In this document: positions 14,401-29,041 of the stretch, piece by piece
How positions within the stretch are numbered: the first letter of the stretch is position 1
Layout: every line of letters begins with the position of its first letter
From: Bugula neritina
Lineage: Eukaryota > Animalia > Bryozoa
DNA length: 64,000 nucleotides
Reading direction: 5' to 3'
Assembly (NCBI GenBank): GCA_964035545.1
Contig: OZ037765.1
Coordinates: 6,520,698 to 6,584,697 of the forward strand
The notes under the pieces: generated by a model
Database searches by the model: none
Told to the model about the DNA's origin: nothing
The model's input: the letters and a program-made list of their open reading frames with translations, nothing else
Made by a program: the position numbers and the translations under genes

Positions 14401-17318
14401 AGGAGTGGGCAACCCTTGTGACCTATCTTTTCCTGCTTTTCCACGTGTGTTATTGGCAGTTCTTTTGACAAAATAGACACAACTGGACATGTTATTTACC
14501 ATATCGTGGTGTAGCCCCAAATATTTAAACTAATTGACTACTGTCATAATACCAAATATGTTGTAGATTTATTAAATAAAAACCCAATTTTTAATTGACT
14601 ATGTTTATTTATAGAGTGCAGCCATCTATGTAACATATATTTTTCAAATGTCTTCTCCATGCTCTAGAAGTTGCCCGCCCCTGAAACATACCAATACACA
14701 CATGTAATACAATCATATATGTGGTGACCAGCTTGTAGCTCAGCCTAAGCTATATTATTGTACCATTTCGGATAGAAGACATCCTGTAGCCACAATCCAA
14801 TCAAGTTCAAGGTCGTAGCCACAGTTCGGGTGATAGTATGAGAAGTATTTGAATGAGATCCACTCAACTCTGTGAAGGTCTGCCTTGGAACTCTGTGATA
14901 AGTGAGTGTCAATATCACAGCTCTTGTATTCACCCTCGCCTAACAACAATACACTGGATATCTTACACTTCCTTCTCTTTGAGTAATTATGTAAGAAGAT
15001 TATCGGAAATACTTGACTACATTCTGCACACAATGTGAATTGGAACTCTTACAGCACATTACAGCTACATCAAGGGTTTTATATTTTTGGATAAAAGTTT
15101 TTTCTATTCATCAATTTATGTAAAGATTCAATGAAATGCTAACATACTACAATTACATCCTCCTTCTGGTGACGCACTAATCATAGTTGAGTAACTTTCC
15201 CAATTTTTTCCGCAACTTTTTCAAACCAGTCATGTTGAAGTTCTTAGGCTGGGTATTCTAGTATTTTGTAATGACGTACATACACATGTATGTTACTGAG
15301 AAAAAGAAGTTATAAAAAAATTTTTGAAGCATTTTTCAGGTCTTCACAAGTACTTGAAATGTAAGGCAGTCATTTCAAAGTAAGCTGTGTTGGTTACAAA
15401 CACTTTTGTTTGAAATGAGCAAAGATTTTAGCTAGATTATTGTATCTTAATAAACAAAATACGATACTGTTACAACTCCTTACCATAACCATGAACAATA
15501 TGTTGATTGATCACCTGAAAGACCAGTTGAGTTGTGCTGGGAGGACTTGGAATTCCTTCTCTGGTGTTCAGAGGTAGAAATACTAGTGGCGGATGACTTG
15601 GAGTCGCTGTTTAAAGCTGCAAACTCAACTTCAACCCACTCCTTGCCAAAGTCAAATGTATTCTGTGACTCTAAAAGTAGAACTAAATAAATTTCAAAAG
15701 CAAACAAAAACTACAAAAGTATAGACATCTGATCACTGCAACATATCTCAGCTTTATGAAATAAGTTTAGAGACAATATAAGTTGTAAAGTTATCCAAAA
15801 ACTATTGAAACTCAAACTTTCATCGGGTATAAGAAAACCGTCACTGGTTTTGTTCAACTCAACCAACATAGTGAATATATACAAGATGGTGGATACGTTA
15901 GTGATAAAGTAACTATAGAATAGAACATCACAATTATATCATGGCAAGACATAATACAACAATTAGAATATGCCATACTAGAATGATATAAATACACTAT
16001 AATATAATAAAGAAAAAATTACTTGGTTGTCCAACAGGAGATGATGAATGCATGGAGACTATGAAGTAGAGGTAAAATCCACACTTATACTGATTGTACG
16101 CCTTTGATACGTGCTCGATGTGTCCATCGGAAAGCAACTTCTATAAGCAAAGATAAACAAAGCTACTTTCAACCAACTTTGGTTATTCACGCATTATTTT
16201 TATATCTTAGCATGTGGTACAAGCTAATATTTGATACAGTAGACAAAATGTTTATCTCCCATCCCCTCGAATTCATGAGATTCAGAAAAAGGCGTGACTG
16301 AATAAGTTATGGGGTTGGAATAGTTTTTTGAAAATAAAAAACCCACCAGACTTTCTGAAAAGTCAATCTACAATTTTATCGAATCAAACTTTAAAACATT
16401 CCCAAGACTGCGCATTCTTCCTAGAGCAGCAGTTTCAGAATAACACTCCATAGTATTTGATTAATGTAATATTTCTGTAGTTGGTAAATAAACTGAACCT
16501 GTAGCACTAATACTGCTTCGGAGTTACTATGAACAAAGCTGCAGTTGTTCTCAACCCACGCCACAGCCTCATATGAAATAAATGTCCCGGATGGTAGATT
16601 AGCAGACTTGCAATCCAGAAACGGGAACCCAGCGCTGCAAAGTAATAAGTAAATGAAGATAAATTATTAAATAAAAAATGAAATTTCCAAAACTAGTATT
16701 TCTCTTATGCATACTTGTGAAAAAGAGTGCTTGGTTATGTAAGAAAAGTAGTAAATTAGATTTGGTAAAATTATTGACAAACTTATTGTAAATCATTACA
16801 AAAAGTTTTGTTTGTAGACCAATACCTGGCATCTTTAATCTTGTCTACTAAACTACTATCAACTTTTGACAAATCAAAGGCCGGTTCTTCGACACTAGAC
16901 AAAGACACAAGCTGAGTCTTTGCCCCATTCTCTTCCACACTAGGCGGCTTTGTGGATTTATTTCCAGATCTCTGCATAGAGTGTTCAACAAAAAGATATG
17001 ATTTTGACTAAAATAAATTAAAAAAATATTTCTATACATTGTTTTTCAAATACATATCCTCAAGTCACTGGTTGGTGCATTGTTATTAGCAAAGGCATTA
17101 CTAGTAGCCATAGACTGAGTATTACATACATTTTAAGGACAATATACATTATATAGGAGTTTAAACTCTCACCTGGTGAGCTTTACGATGCAGTCCGTTC
17201 ACCAACTCTATGAACCGAATAAAGTTCTCATTGTATTTTTCATACTCATTAGAAGGTACAGAGATGAAGGTATCACAGGGAGGGGTACTAACAACAGAAA
17301 ATACGCCACATAGCAAGC

Positions 17319-17388
<70 letters not shown>

Positions 17389-20300
17389 TGAATTCTGATA
17401 TGAGCTGCACAAATACCTGGATGAGAACTGAGGATGTATTAGTTCATACACTGAGGTAAGACATCAACTAAGGTTAGGCATGAGTCATAATAACGGACTA
17501 TAATACCTGCCGGTTTGAGCTTTAGTATCTCTAATACGCTTGGCTTCACCATTATTGTTGGTAGGGAGGACACAGAATCTGCTGCACCAGTATTTCATAC
17601 CTTCATTCTATAAATATTCGAGCTATAAATAACTTGTATATAACATAGAGTAAAGAAAACAAAGCATTCTTATTAGTGATTAGATGGCAGCAAAATGAAA
17701 TACTCACTCGACAATGATACAAATATCACGGTGGCTTTGTAGACGCACCTAGTTGAAAAATATGTTTACTGTACAACCTTAAAAATATCTAACTACCCAT
17801 TTTCCTGCTAGCTTAATATTCTAGATCCATTGTTAAGAATAATATTGCTAACTCGATATCCGACAACTGCAATGAAATACATCAGGTTTCATGCCCTTAT
17901 ACTAACCGATTTAAGAAGATCCTCATTTCCGTCAACCTTGAACCCTCGGTTGATTACGTAATTATCGAGTATGTTCCACTTGTAGCTTTCAGCTTGTTCT
18001 GTGATGAACCTGGTGACAGAGGGGTAGTAGCCATTGGAGTCAGGACACATAAACTGGTACTTGTATTTGGAAACCTCACGGCCACTCCTCTCTTTCTTTG
18101 GTCTGTGCAGTTTGACCGTAATACTGTCGTCCTGCAGGTCTAGCTCGTGGAATATTTTACCTACGCTCAGTCTATACGTCTCCTACAACATCAGAGAACT
18201 AAGGCTATCCAGGATCAGCAGATTTCCCGAAGCTAATACTTTAGGCTAAATTTGCTTTGTCTTCTGCTTTATTTAGTATGATATCAAGATAATTAGATAA
18301 TATTATGATAATTATTTAAACTACTTGCCTGTATTGACATACAAACTGCTAATTGGTAAATTATACTAATTATTGATGGTAGTGACCAGGAATGAGTTGC
18401 TTTTCTCACAAATTGACACAATAAAATACTAACAAAGCAATCACACATTGTGAATTATACTACCAGTTACTTGTTACAAGATGAACATAGTGCAGCATGA
18501 ATGTTGTCAAAATGTTTACGACGTATTGTATGAAAAACAAATACTTCAACGAGATAGAATATTTAAGAACATGATTATCACCACATACAATACGTAGATC
18601 TTCCCTTCCACACTGCATTAGCAACAACTTACTTTATTGGCCGGTTGTCTAGTCTTGGGTCTTGTCAGCGTGCTTCTTGCACTGCTGTCAGATGAAAACT
18701 TGGCAGATTCAATCGGTTGAACCAGCTGGAAACCCAAGGCTAACCGTATGCTAGCCAATCCCTTGAAGAACTGAGCATAGTTCATGGGCCTATACAATAC
18801 AATGAGACAAGGCCTATACAATATATTGAGACGAGGTCTATATAATAAATTGAGACATGTCTAGATACAAACTAGATACAAACACAAATGACAGACGAAT
18901 AACGTCTAAGATATGCATTAGCAGCTAAATGTAGAGATATACAGTCAGTTAGGATGGAATATTCCAGAACTACAAGGAAAACATCTCAATTGATATCCTA
19001 ATCTTGTGAACTGTATTATTTATGTACAAAAATCGACAAAACTGAGTCATTCTAACATATTTAATGCGGTCTAGTGGCATTCTCCGCCAATGGTGTAATA
19101 CACACACCGTGATTAGACTGTTTAACCTGACACAGAACTAAGAGAGTAATACATACGACTCAAAGAGTGGATCTAGCGTGTACACAGTATCAACATAGTC
19201 CTTAGAGAGCTCCTTGTCACTAGGGTAGTAGTCTGTAGTGATGGGCAGCAGTGCAGGTGTGATGAGTGAGCGCCAGTCCACGCCCGTCTTGGTCATGGAA
19301 GAAAACTCCGCGCCTTCTGGCTCCAGAGTCTTACCTCCGGGATCAGCCAAAGAATCCTGTTTGGCTGCATCTAGGTTATACAATATAGGTCAATGTTACA
19401 CAATATAGGTCAATGTTACACAATATAGGTCAAGGCTAAACAATATAGGCCAAGGTTAATATGAAACGCAACTTTCTAATAATAGTGGGCTACACAAGAT
19501 TAAGAAAACTTTAAAAATAAAGTTACTGGTTTTATTGCTGGCCCCTAAGCTGAATCACAATTTCTTAGAAGATTTATAAGTAGAACAGCATGTTTGAGGA
19601 GTAAACTGTCCCCAGCAGTTTGTTAACTTATAAATTTAAAGGCAGCATGCTAAAATCTCCTACACCCTGACACTATAGTATTATTCAATCAGAAAACCCC
19701 AAACTTGCTAAATCATTCCAGTATAACTAAATAACGCTCGAGAGAAAAATTGATAACATATACAAGGGTAAAAATGCTTTATGAATAAATTGTGTAAAAT
19801 AAGAGGACATATTCAGCACCAGAAAAGTGTTAGGTAACGAAAGAGCAATATTCTAGATCAACGTAGCATTCACACGCTCAGTTATACAGCATGACATAAC
19901 GTAGTGTAACAGGAAACTTACAGTCAATGTGGGAGGAGCCAAACTTGGAGCTCTGTGGGCTGATAGTTATACTTTCCTCTAAACTATGGGAATATTCATT
20001 TTTAACAGCTTCATCATAACTCAGCACACTGTAGCTCTTAGACATCTTATTCTCTGAGGAAACTCTCTTTGCCAGCTACCAAATATTCATTTCAAGACAT
20101 GTAACTATTATAATATTATATTAGATACCAAATATGTAGCTATTATTTACAAACAGCTGCCAATCCGTTTCAAATAAATAAATACTACGTGCAAGCACTG
20201 AGTAGGGCATATGTCAGTAAATAGTGAATAGAAATCAGAACCAAGTGAATCAGTAATACATCAAGTGATGGAAAATAGTAAAATTTATTGTTGAAATTCT

Positions 20301-23300
20301 ACTGGAGTTGTCTATCCAAAGCAATCTATACACAGCTACAATGAAAAAAATTTTTTTTGAGATAATAAATCTATGATTAACAAAACATTTTTACCAGCAG
20401 CTATGTTACATTAACAGTAGCAAAAAGTAGAATTATTTTAACTTAAGAAAGAAAATCCACATGTAGCATGTTTTAAACCATTAGAATGCTTGAGATTTTT
20501 TAAATATTCTTTGAATAACGAAATTTTTCCCAGAAAAATATAATTGCATGTCAAAAGGAGGTAGGAAAGGCCATTCCAACACATCATGTAAAATTAAGCG
20601 AAACTTAACTATCAACATAATATTAGTGTAATTTTCAATATCAAAGAATAATTTTTATAACATTATGCATGTTGAAATTAGTAAATCTGGAGCTTTTTAG
20701 TCCTCCATGAGAAATTACCTTTCACTTTTGAAACCATCATTCTATCAAAAACTGCATAACCAAATTCATTTGTTAGCACTATCCACTATTTTTCTACATA
20801 TTCCAAGTTTCTACTAAACGCAGAATAAGCTTAGGGTAACTAATTAGACAAATGATAAACTGGATGTAATCACCTTTAGTGGAGAATTACCAAAGGTGAG
20901 TAACTTATGTGAGCTGATTGGGAGTCTAGGACCATCAACGTATATGTGGTGAGGCTGTATCTCCATCCCATTCTTATCTAACAATCATAAGACTCACATG
21001 TCTTGCTGAGCACGTAGCATACATACAAGTACAACAGCAAGTAATATGACTTTTTTCAATCATCATTTACGTAGAAATAAGAACCAAGTATACAGTATAT
21101 TACATTGGAGCAGCGTGGTGTAGTGGTTTAGGTGTAGGTCTAGTAAACACTAAGTCAGTGGTTCGAGTCCAAACACCAGCAGTGATGTTAGTAAGAGCAT
21201 CCAGTCCTAATTGCTCCTGTGTCACATATGAATAAGTCTTTAGCCAGGTTCTCACAGAGATAGTGGCTATAAACTGTAAAACTTTGGCCACAACTGGGAT
21301 TTGAACCTGAGACCTCCAGCTTGCCAGCAGGCACGCTAACCAGTACACCACGGGAGCCACTGGGTAAACTTAACACTACATAAACTCGCATGTGCTTTTT
21401 TACATGACGTATTAGATTACCAAGAGGGAATGCATGCACCCATCTCCGCCTGTTTGCCGATGGATGTCTATTGATAGAGTTGGGGTTGAAAGGGTCAATG
21501 TGCTTGTGATGAAGACTGGCTGTAGAGGATGTTGGTACAATACTATCTATCTTCTCCATACTTCCCACATAAGAGTGTTCATCATCATCCGCTCTAGAGC
21601 CACTGTTACTGAACATGGCCCTCAAGTCTAAAGATATAAACACAGCCCTTTTATGAACCCCTTAGCAACCTCAGACATAAAGCAAGCTGCAGTGAACACA
21701 AGGAATCCATTTACACACAATAGCATTTCAATAAATACAGTGGAAATGGTAAGTGAGCTATTTCTTATAATTAAATCTTGCTATGAGTGAAAATAGAGCT
21801 ATGTGAATATGCAAAGTATGGAAACATTTTCTTCGATAACATTACACCTAACTCGAACAATTGCTATGTGAAACAAATGTTTATCTCAACTTAGATATTT
21901 TAATCCTGTCGAAAAAAGTTTGATTGAAAACTTAATTGATAGTTGAACAATCAATGTCTTCTAGCTTCTTCTTCAGAAGAACATTGCTAGGCTAAAATTT
22001 AAGCGTTGTTTGCTCAGAGCCGTGAAGTACAGCAGTGAGAAGATGATTCACCTCTGTCAGGATGATTGTCAGCAGACGTGGGTATGGATATCTGTCTCTT
22101 AGCATCACCATTCACAAACAACTCCGTGGCGTCTTCAGATGAAACTCTACTGGATGACGAATAGCGGTTGTGCTTCCTTGAGACTGTTGAATTCCGAGGC
22201 CTGTAAGAGAGACTACCGCTCAGCTATCTTTAAAGGGAAAAGTTCTAATGAAAACAAACATTTTTGAACTCTATGTGCCTTCAGCATACATAAACAGCAT
22301 TTAAAACACATTTATATATAATTCACAATAAACTTTATTTAAATAAACAATGTATGCTATATTAGGAGTATCATTTAAAGTGGACATCAATTTTTGAATA
22401 GTGTCTTTCTTTATGAACTGTGTGACTTGAAAACACAAACCTTCTCATTGCAGGTTTAATGAACACATTTCTATCATAGGCATCATAGTCCATATCTTCG
22501 TCTGTTTCATATATGTTGCTGAAATTGATTGGGTTGTTTATTGAGAGTAGTTCTTGCTCAGTCTACGTAAAAAATGCAGTAAGCTATACACATTATTCAT
22601 TAGTGCTACAGAGCAGCTTATAACACTACAACATGTGTGTAATACAGAGCACGAGATCTGTATGTGTATTAGACTGTTGACTATTCAATGCAAAGAAATT
22701 TAGCACTTTTTTACAATCAGTCACACACTGTTACTAGCAAATACAACTGAACACTAGTTATTACCAGCATGTGCATGCTACATATTAGTGTATAAAATGC
22801 TGAGATATAGTGTAGTTATGAACCCCTGGAAGGCCTTCAGACAATAAAAAGAAACACGCTAACTGACGTTAATTTTGCATAGTAAAAATCTAATTATGTT
22901 TACATCTAGAATAATTTAGAAAATAACTATTTCTTAATCTGAAGATAGAATGCAGACTTTGCCAGATCTCAGCCAACAGGGTTAGTAGGTCACAGATATA
23001 TGCAGACATTACAGGTTTAGCATGCTAGTATTGAAGATCATTTAATAGTTATGTTTAAAATTAATATAGTAACAGGTGAAACATAGAACAAATTTCACCC
23101 ACCATCAATACTCATTGTTTATAATGATAGCCATAAAGCATTAGTTCAGACTGAAACACATTGCATCATGTAGCTGGAATTTCGACATAACTGATGGTCA
23201 TTTCTTTACCTTTTTAGAAGCTAATTTAATTCTCGGTACAAACTGAGCTGTAGAAGTGACCCTCATTTGGCTCTGTGAGGTATAAAAGCTGTGGTTGATC

Positions 23301-26300
23301 CATCCACTCGGTATTTTGGGAATTTCAACTTTTCCTAAACTATCCCTCACCTATGGAAACAATAGACATTCACAATCTTATTCCAATAATTCTCTCGATC
23401 ATCACATCTTTCAATGATTGAAGCATAATTATACAATCTATTTTCTCTAAAGCATGAACCCAAGAAACATCATCGAATAGTTTATTCAAGGATATTTTTC
23501 CACCAATATATGAACTTTAAACAATAATTAATTTTCCAACTCCACTTCAACTCAGTATATAGCAGCCAATACATAGTTACAGTGGAGTTGGGGCAAGTAA
23601 TTTTGAGCACAAACTTTTTTATGAACTCAACTACTTTCACAAACATTCTTTTACAAGCTACTACAGCTAGTTGAAAGGAACTTCTACTACCAAAAGATAA
23701 CTCATACAACAACATATGTAGAGGTATAAAGGGATATTAGGCACGCAAAGAACCCTTCAATTAATACAGGAAAAACACGTAGAATTGATGCTACTTAATA
23801 AATAAACACATCAAAACAGCCAAAATTAAAGTGACCGAAGTGCTTACCAAACTATAGATGTGTACCCTAAGAGAAATAAACCAGCTTTATTATGAATACA
23901 TTCGGTAAAATTCAACAAAACTATTAAATTTTTGTATCCAGTTTAGTGAGCAGTTCTTAGCCATACTGCTTTATAACTGGCTGTGGAGAAGCTATTTAGA
24001 TATTAATTATCCCAAAGAACTAACCACCTCATTTCATCTTCTAGTGTACAACATTTATCATTTATTATCAAAAACAAAAAATAATTATAGGAGAATAGCG
24101 GTCACACGATACAAGTAATGAAATTTTACTCCATCCAACTCTATATTATAAAATGTAAACATATCTATTAACATAAAGATAGTCAATTCATACCTTAAAA
24201 AGAGGCACAGTGTGAAGGGGTTGTTCCCCCATGCATATGAGATCGGCAGCGGACCCGGTGTCAATAGTACGCTGTTTCGTCATTGTCATCAGATCCTTGT
24301 CCACCTCAAATACACCAGGACCGGGAGTTATCACCACGGCCACCTTACCCAGTCTGTCAAAGTTACGGTCCAGGAAGTACTTTTCAAACACTGCAACATA
24401 GAGACGTGTTTTATATATTGTATCAAATCATATGGTTAGCTTTATTACATTACTTAAACTACTAGTAACTACTGGCTTACACTTTACTAGTTCTCTACAG
24501 CCAGTGTCAAGCGCATCAATAGCTAACATTGAAGAGAATTCAAACCTACATGACTATTAACAGAAACTACAGCACAGCAATAAGTTAATATAGAACAACA
24601 ATACACTACACTGCATCAGCTGTAAGACATAACATACATATATTCTGTTTCTGTTTCACTGTGGTAGTATAATATACTTTTATCCCTAAAAAAACTTGTT
24701 ATAATCAAACTTGGTTTAATATAATAAGTTAAAAGTTAGCCAAGTTTCTAGTTACTTCCCAGGCTCATATATTTGATACTTCAAATTTGTAAAATAGTAG
24801 TTTTGACTCGGACCACTCTTTTGTTATTCACCACAGTTATCCTAACATAAAAATACTTCACATACAATCACTTGTTCTAGTAATAGAGTAGCAAGGGGAG
24901 ATAACAAGACAATGCTATCAGCACACATACAGTTGAGAGACATGTTGAGCACCTCCAGGTAGTTTCCTTGCGCTGCAGAAGAATTATAAGCCTTCGGGAT
25001 GGAAGGGTTCACCTCCCGTTCCTCAATTCTCAGAACTTTCTTCTCGTAGTTTATAAACAGTTGCTTCATTTTCATCAACACCTTTCTCCAGTTGTCATAG
25101 CGCTCGTTCTTGATAACCACTCTGAACAAAACCATTAAAATATTCTAATAAAGCAAAGAGCTTCATGTAGCCAGACAGGTTTTGGCAAAATCATTTTTGA
25201 ATGTTTTTTCAAACAGCTGTTTGTATAAAACCTGTAGAAGTCTTCATAAAATCCCTCGCCGTTGGCATTAGGTTGAATGGCTTCTCTCATGTGTTCAGGA
25301 AACTCCTCTATGGAATAAGAGAAGGATATTTAGTTACAGCAGCAGGCAGGCTGCCAAACTATAGCTGGAAACATGCAGAAAGAAATACAAAACTTCTCCA
25401 GAACCTATGAAGACTTACCTATGCTTCTAGCCTCGTAGAAAGTTCTAGAAAACATGACAATGGTGATCTCATGGTCACAGTCGGCTTTCTACAATATAGT
25501 AATGATAGTGGCTTACAGAACCTGCGTTACAGTAAACGCCTTGCGATAGACAATTCCCATGTTTTGAAAATACGGTAACTTAGCTTCAATTTAGATATGA
25601 TGATTAAAATAACACCAATAAAAGCTCAGCTCTGCCTCAAAAAAATGCAATAAAACAAAAAGAATAATTACAACCTAAACTAAACTTTATTTTTAGTCAG
25701 ATTTAAGAGAATGCTATCCTAAAACTATTTGGTTGATAAAAATCTGTTTAGCCGAATTAAAACTTACCTTCCATTTTTCAAACAAATCCGTGAGAAAACC
25801 GCTGACGGCCTTCTCAAAGTAGAGGTCGCCGTAGTTGTCGTACTCCCACATTTCTACACTCATTTGCAAGAAAATATGCAGCACAGAAGATGACGACCGG
25901 AAACAAATCTAGGCAAAATCAACATAATGAACTGAAAGAAATGTAACTAACATTCAACGTTAAATGATGAAGTGTTGAGTAAGAGTTACAGATTCTTCTT
26001 AACATATAGACATGTGTGCACTAAGAAAATAGAGTTTATAAAAATTTTTCTAAAATTTGTCCCTTAATTGAACTCAAATAATACTAATAATAATTGTTGT
26101 TTTTCCACATTGTAGAATATCTGTCTACTGTGTAAAAAACCAAGTTACCAGGAATCAGTAAGTCTTAAACTTACTAATAACAAAAAAGTACTAAGGAATA
26201 AAGGATTGTTGTATAACAGCTGAATTACTGAACAAAAGACACAGTTTTACAGCCTAAAATTGATATTTTTCATAGTGTTTCTTGTTAAAACAGCTAGGCT

Positions 26301-29041
26301 GACATTTGGTCAGTTGGTAATTCTACCTAAATGACTTCTTCTCGTTGACCTAAGTTATGTTAGCAACAGCTTTCTTGAAGAAAAGGTAATTTTTGGTCGG
26401 AGGAACTACCACTGTCTCACAATAGACAAGTTACCTGACTAATGACTCATTGTGAAATTAAGTATATATAAATGGTTGTGACAGTTAAGGGTTTATGGGG
26501 AGGTTATTGCAAAGCATACTCGTGTTTTATTGGAGATGTAGCCACACGCTAGTGATTCACCCTTCAACCATATCTCAGAAACTGTAATCTGCATGATGAT
26601 ATCTATGAAGGTCACTCTTTTGTCAATATAAATACATTTGTTTTCCTGCAAGAGAATAAATATAAGGTTATAAATTATACGCTAAATGACAAATACCAAA
26701 TAGGAAACTTAAAATAAAATATGTGTTGACATTTAAGGTAGTTTTAGTGGCTGCTTTTCAAAGAAAATGCCAGCCCTTAGCTGTAAGTCTGAAAGTGAAC
26801 AGCTACTCAATAATTAGCAAAAACAATATAGTAATATAGTGGTTGATGTAATCGTTTCACAGCTTGTCAATGGAAATGCCATAGTTTTTCGGTAACCAAT
26901 TTCTTTACACAACCTAAAACTTATGGCTGGAGTTATTTAAGAAACCACTTGTACGTGTAGAGGTGCATTTATACCATTTCTGAAAAAGTTCAAGGTTTAA
27001 GCTAAATTAATTTGGTCAAGCAGAATTTTTATAGATTCACTGAAACTGTTGAAATCACAATGATTAAAAATAACTTTCTAACAGCAATGCTTGACTCATA
27101 ATGACCTTTAAAAAGTAATGCATTAACTTCATAAATTGCAAATAAGCAATAACAACGGATGACAAAACTTAAAGCTCTTACAAATTTTGTCGAAACTTTA
27201 TTCGATACCTTTTAATTGCCAATTATTTCTTATGGCTGTATACAGCAAATATGTCGAAAAAGTGATTGGAGACAATAACTTTTTCTAAAGCAAGAAAACT
27301 AATTGAAACTCTTCCTTCAGTCAAATTAACTTCTGATTAAAAATCAAGAGAGTATAAATAGCTGACATTTCAATAAAACCGCATCCAAAATTATTTAGTA
27401 TTTACTTACCAAATGCTGTTTCATTCTCCACATATCGCTTCTACTGAGGTATGTGTCTTTGCATGTGAGTACAATTAAATCTACTGGCTACAATATAACT
27501 GTAAATAATGTAACTGCGGCATTCAGCCTTCAATTAGAATCAAGAACAAAATTGGTTAATAGTAAATGGTAGTGTAAAATTCAATTGGTTCACATTCTCT
27601 TGGCCATAGAATGTTCCATAACACTAGATTGTCTACACACCTGTACATATTATGTAACAGTAGGCAAGCGCAATGCAGCTGTAGAGAAAATATGTTTACA
27701 ATAATGTGAACAGTGGAGCAGAATATCGGTAAAAAATAGTTTTACATGTTTGAGGTTACATTGCTTGCCAATTTTTTTTGGATTTTTTGATCTACATGAA
27801 CAGTTGCAAAGATTGGTGCTTTGCTTCTTTTTATTAAAAAATAATCTTATTTCGTTAATTTCATCTCAGGTAAAACTAAATAATAGCCATTAGATAGAAG
27901 GAAGAATGGTAAGTAGATATGTGTACCTCTGGTACAACTTTCTTGACATATACTTGATTAAAGGTCTTGAAGTTGAAATGTTTGTTGTTACATATGGTGT
28001 CCACTATGCTAACGCTGTCAGTACCTGTAATAGTCAACCAACAAATCTGATGCACTGAAACGTGTGACTTTGTGGGAAATATACTTTTGATCAGACTTGA
28101 CATCTTGTCCGAAAAGTATTTGTCTAAATATTTTTTGTTGCTAAATTAAAACAAATAAGCGTGTAGTTTGATTACTGGACACAAAATAACATAGTAAAAT
28201 GGCAGGAAGAAAACTTAGAACATATCGAATAGCTTTTAGGAAGATAAGAAATTTAAGAAAAAACAGACGAAGGGAACTTTAATGCAAAAAATTTGAGAAC
28301 AGGGTTTATGTCACCCAATACTGTTGATACTCTGAGCAAATTTTAGAAAAATACGCTTTTTACTAATCTTTCAAAACTTCTCATAATTTTAAGAATACCT
28401 CAAAACAAAATGTGAACCTGGATACAAATCTATACACAGCATAACATGAATTAAATAATAAGCAAACCTACCTTTAATCATTTCATCACTCACTGTTACA
28501 GTCAAAAGCACATGGCTAAAACATCAAAAAACAATAGTTATAACTTGGCACAAAATACTGGATGTAGCATCTTTAGTAGAACAACCTAAGCCAGAAAGGG
28601 TGAATGTGTAATAAAAGCAATAAATGTATGATCTACTAAAAATTGATTTCAATTTTTTGCTTCTGATTAAAATTTTCAGTATCGAAATGATAAATAATAG
28701 AAAAAGCTAATGTTGAAAACTGCGATTTCACAACTCTTTACAGCTTGGTTTGAGCTGCCCACCCACCTGCTAGACTGACTGTTTAGATCTTTGTAAATCT
28801 CTACAATGTCGCCAGTTTGAAACGAACTTTGTTCGCTGACCATAATCTCATTTTCTGTAATAATAGTGTATACATGTGTGCTTTAGAGTTAACAATTTTG
28901 TATAGAAACCAGGTACCGAAAATAATATTTGATGAGGAAAAGTTTATTATAACAAAGTGATTAAGTGATACCATTCTGTGTAGATTGATGCACTCTAAGT
29001 GAAAATAGTTTAGGGTTTGACTCTGCCATCTTCCTCAGCAT
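11480..29041 (-). CDS. DEPDC5: GATOR1 complex subunit DEPDC5/Iml1, about 30 coding exons
   Basis: Exons encode characteristic motifs: [11 protein letters not shown] (27.4 kb), [35 protein letters not shown] (25.8 kb), [11 protein letters not shown] (24.9 kb), DRNFDR...[12 protein letters not shown]...[12 protein letters not shown] (24.2 kb), [10 protein letters not shown] (21.4 kb), [21 protein letters not shown] (19.2 kb), a DEP-like exon (16.5 kb), ELDWIVATG (14.8 kb) and [10 protein letters not shown] (last exon). Start codon at 29041 or 29029. Confidence 0.95.
12553..13831. mobile_element. Non-autonomous piggyBac-superfamily DNA transposon (1279 bp) in a DEPDC5 intron
   Basis: TTAA|CCCTTTCATGC...GCATGAAAGGG|TTAA: 11-bp perfect TIR starting CCC, with TTAA target duplication. 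No transposase ORF. Confidence 0.9.
17323..17386. repeat. (TA)n microsatellite in a DEPDC5 intron
   Basis: Directly visible. Confidence 0.97.
18786..18870. repeat. About 25-bp degenerate tandem repeat (3 copies) overlapping a DEPDC5 splice acceptor
   Basis: ggcctatacaatacaatgagacaa / ggcctatacaatatattgagacga / ggtctatataataaattgagaca. Confidence 0.75.
19381..19458. repeat. 20-bp tandem repeat (about 4 copies)
   Basis: caatataggtcaatgttaca twice, followed by two diverged copies. Confidence 0.85.
21107..21256 (+). mobile_element. tRNA-derived SINE (Thr-like head) in a DEPDC5 intron
   Basis: A box TGGTGTAGTGG and B box GGTTCGAGTCC. The body gtgatgtta...gagcatccagtc...gctcctgtg...catatgaataagtc...tagcc recurs at 58.0 kb and 63.7 kb. 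Confidence 0.75.
21286..21358 (-). pseudogene. Degenerate tRNA-like sequence (SINE head or tRNA pseudogene)
   Basis: GGCTCCCGTGGTGTACTGGTTAGCGT...AGGTTCAAATCCCAG...GGCC has A and B boxes but poorly paired stems. Confidence 0.6.

Noticed and set aside
21100-21360. 86-aa ORF, or functional tRNA genes
   Set aside because: The ORF spans SINE sequence, and both tRNA-like heads have broken stems.
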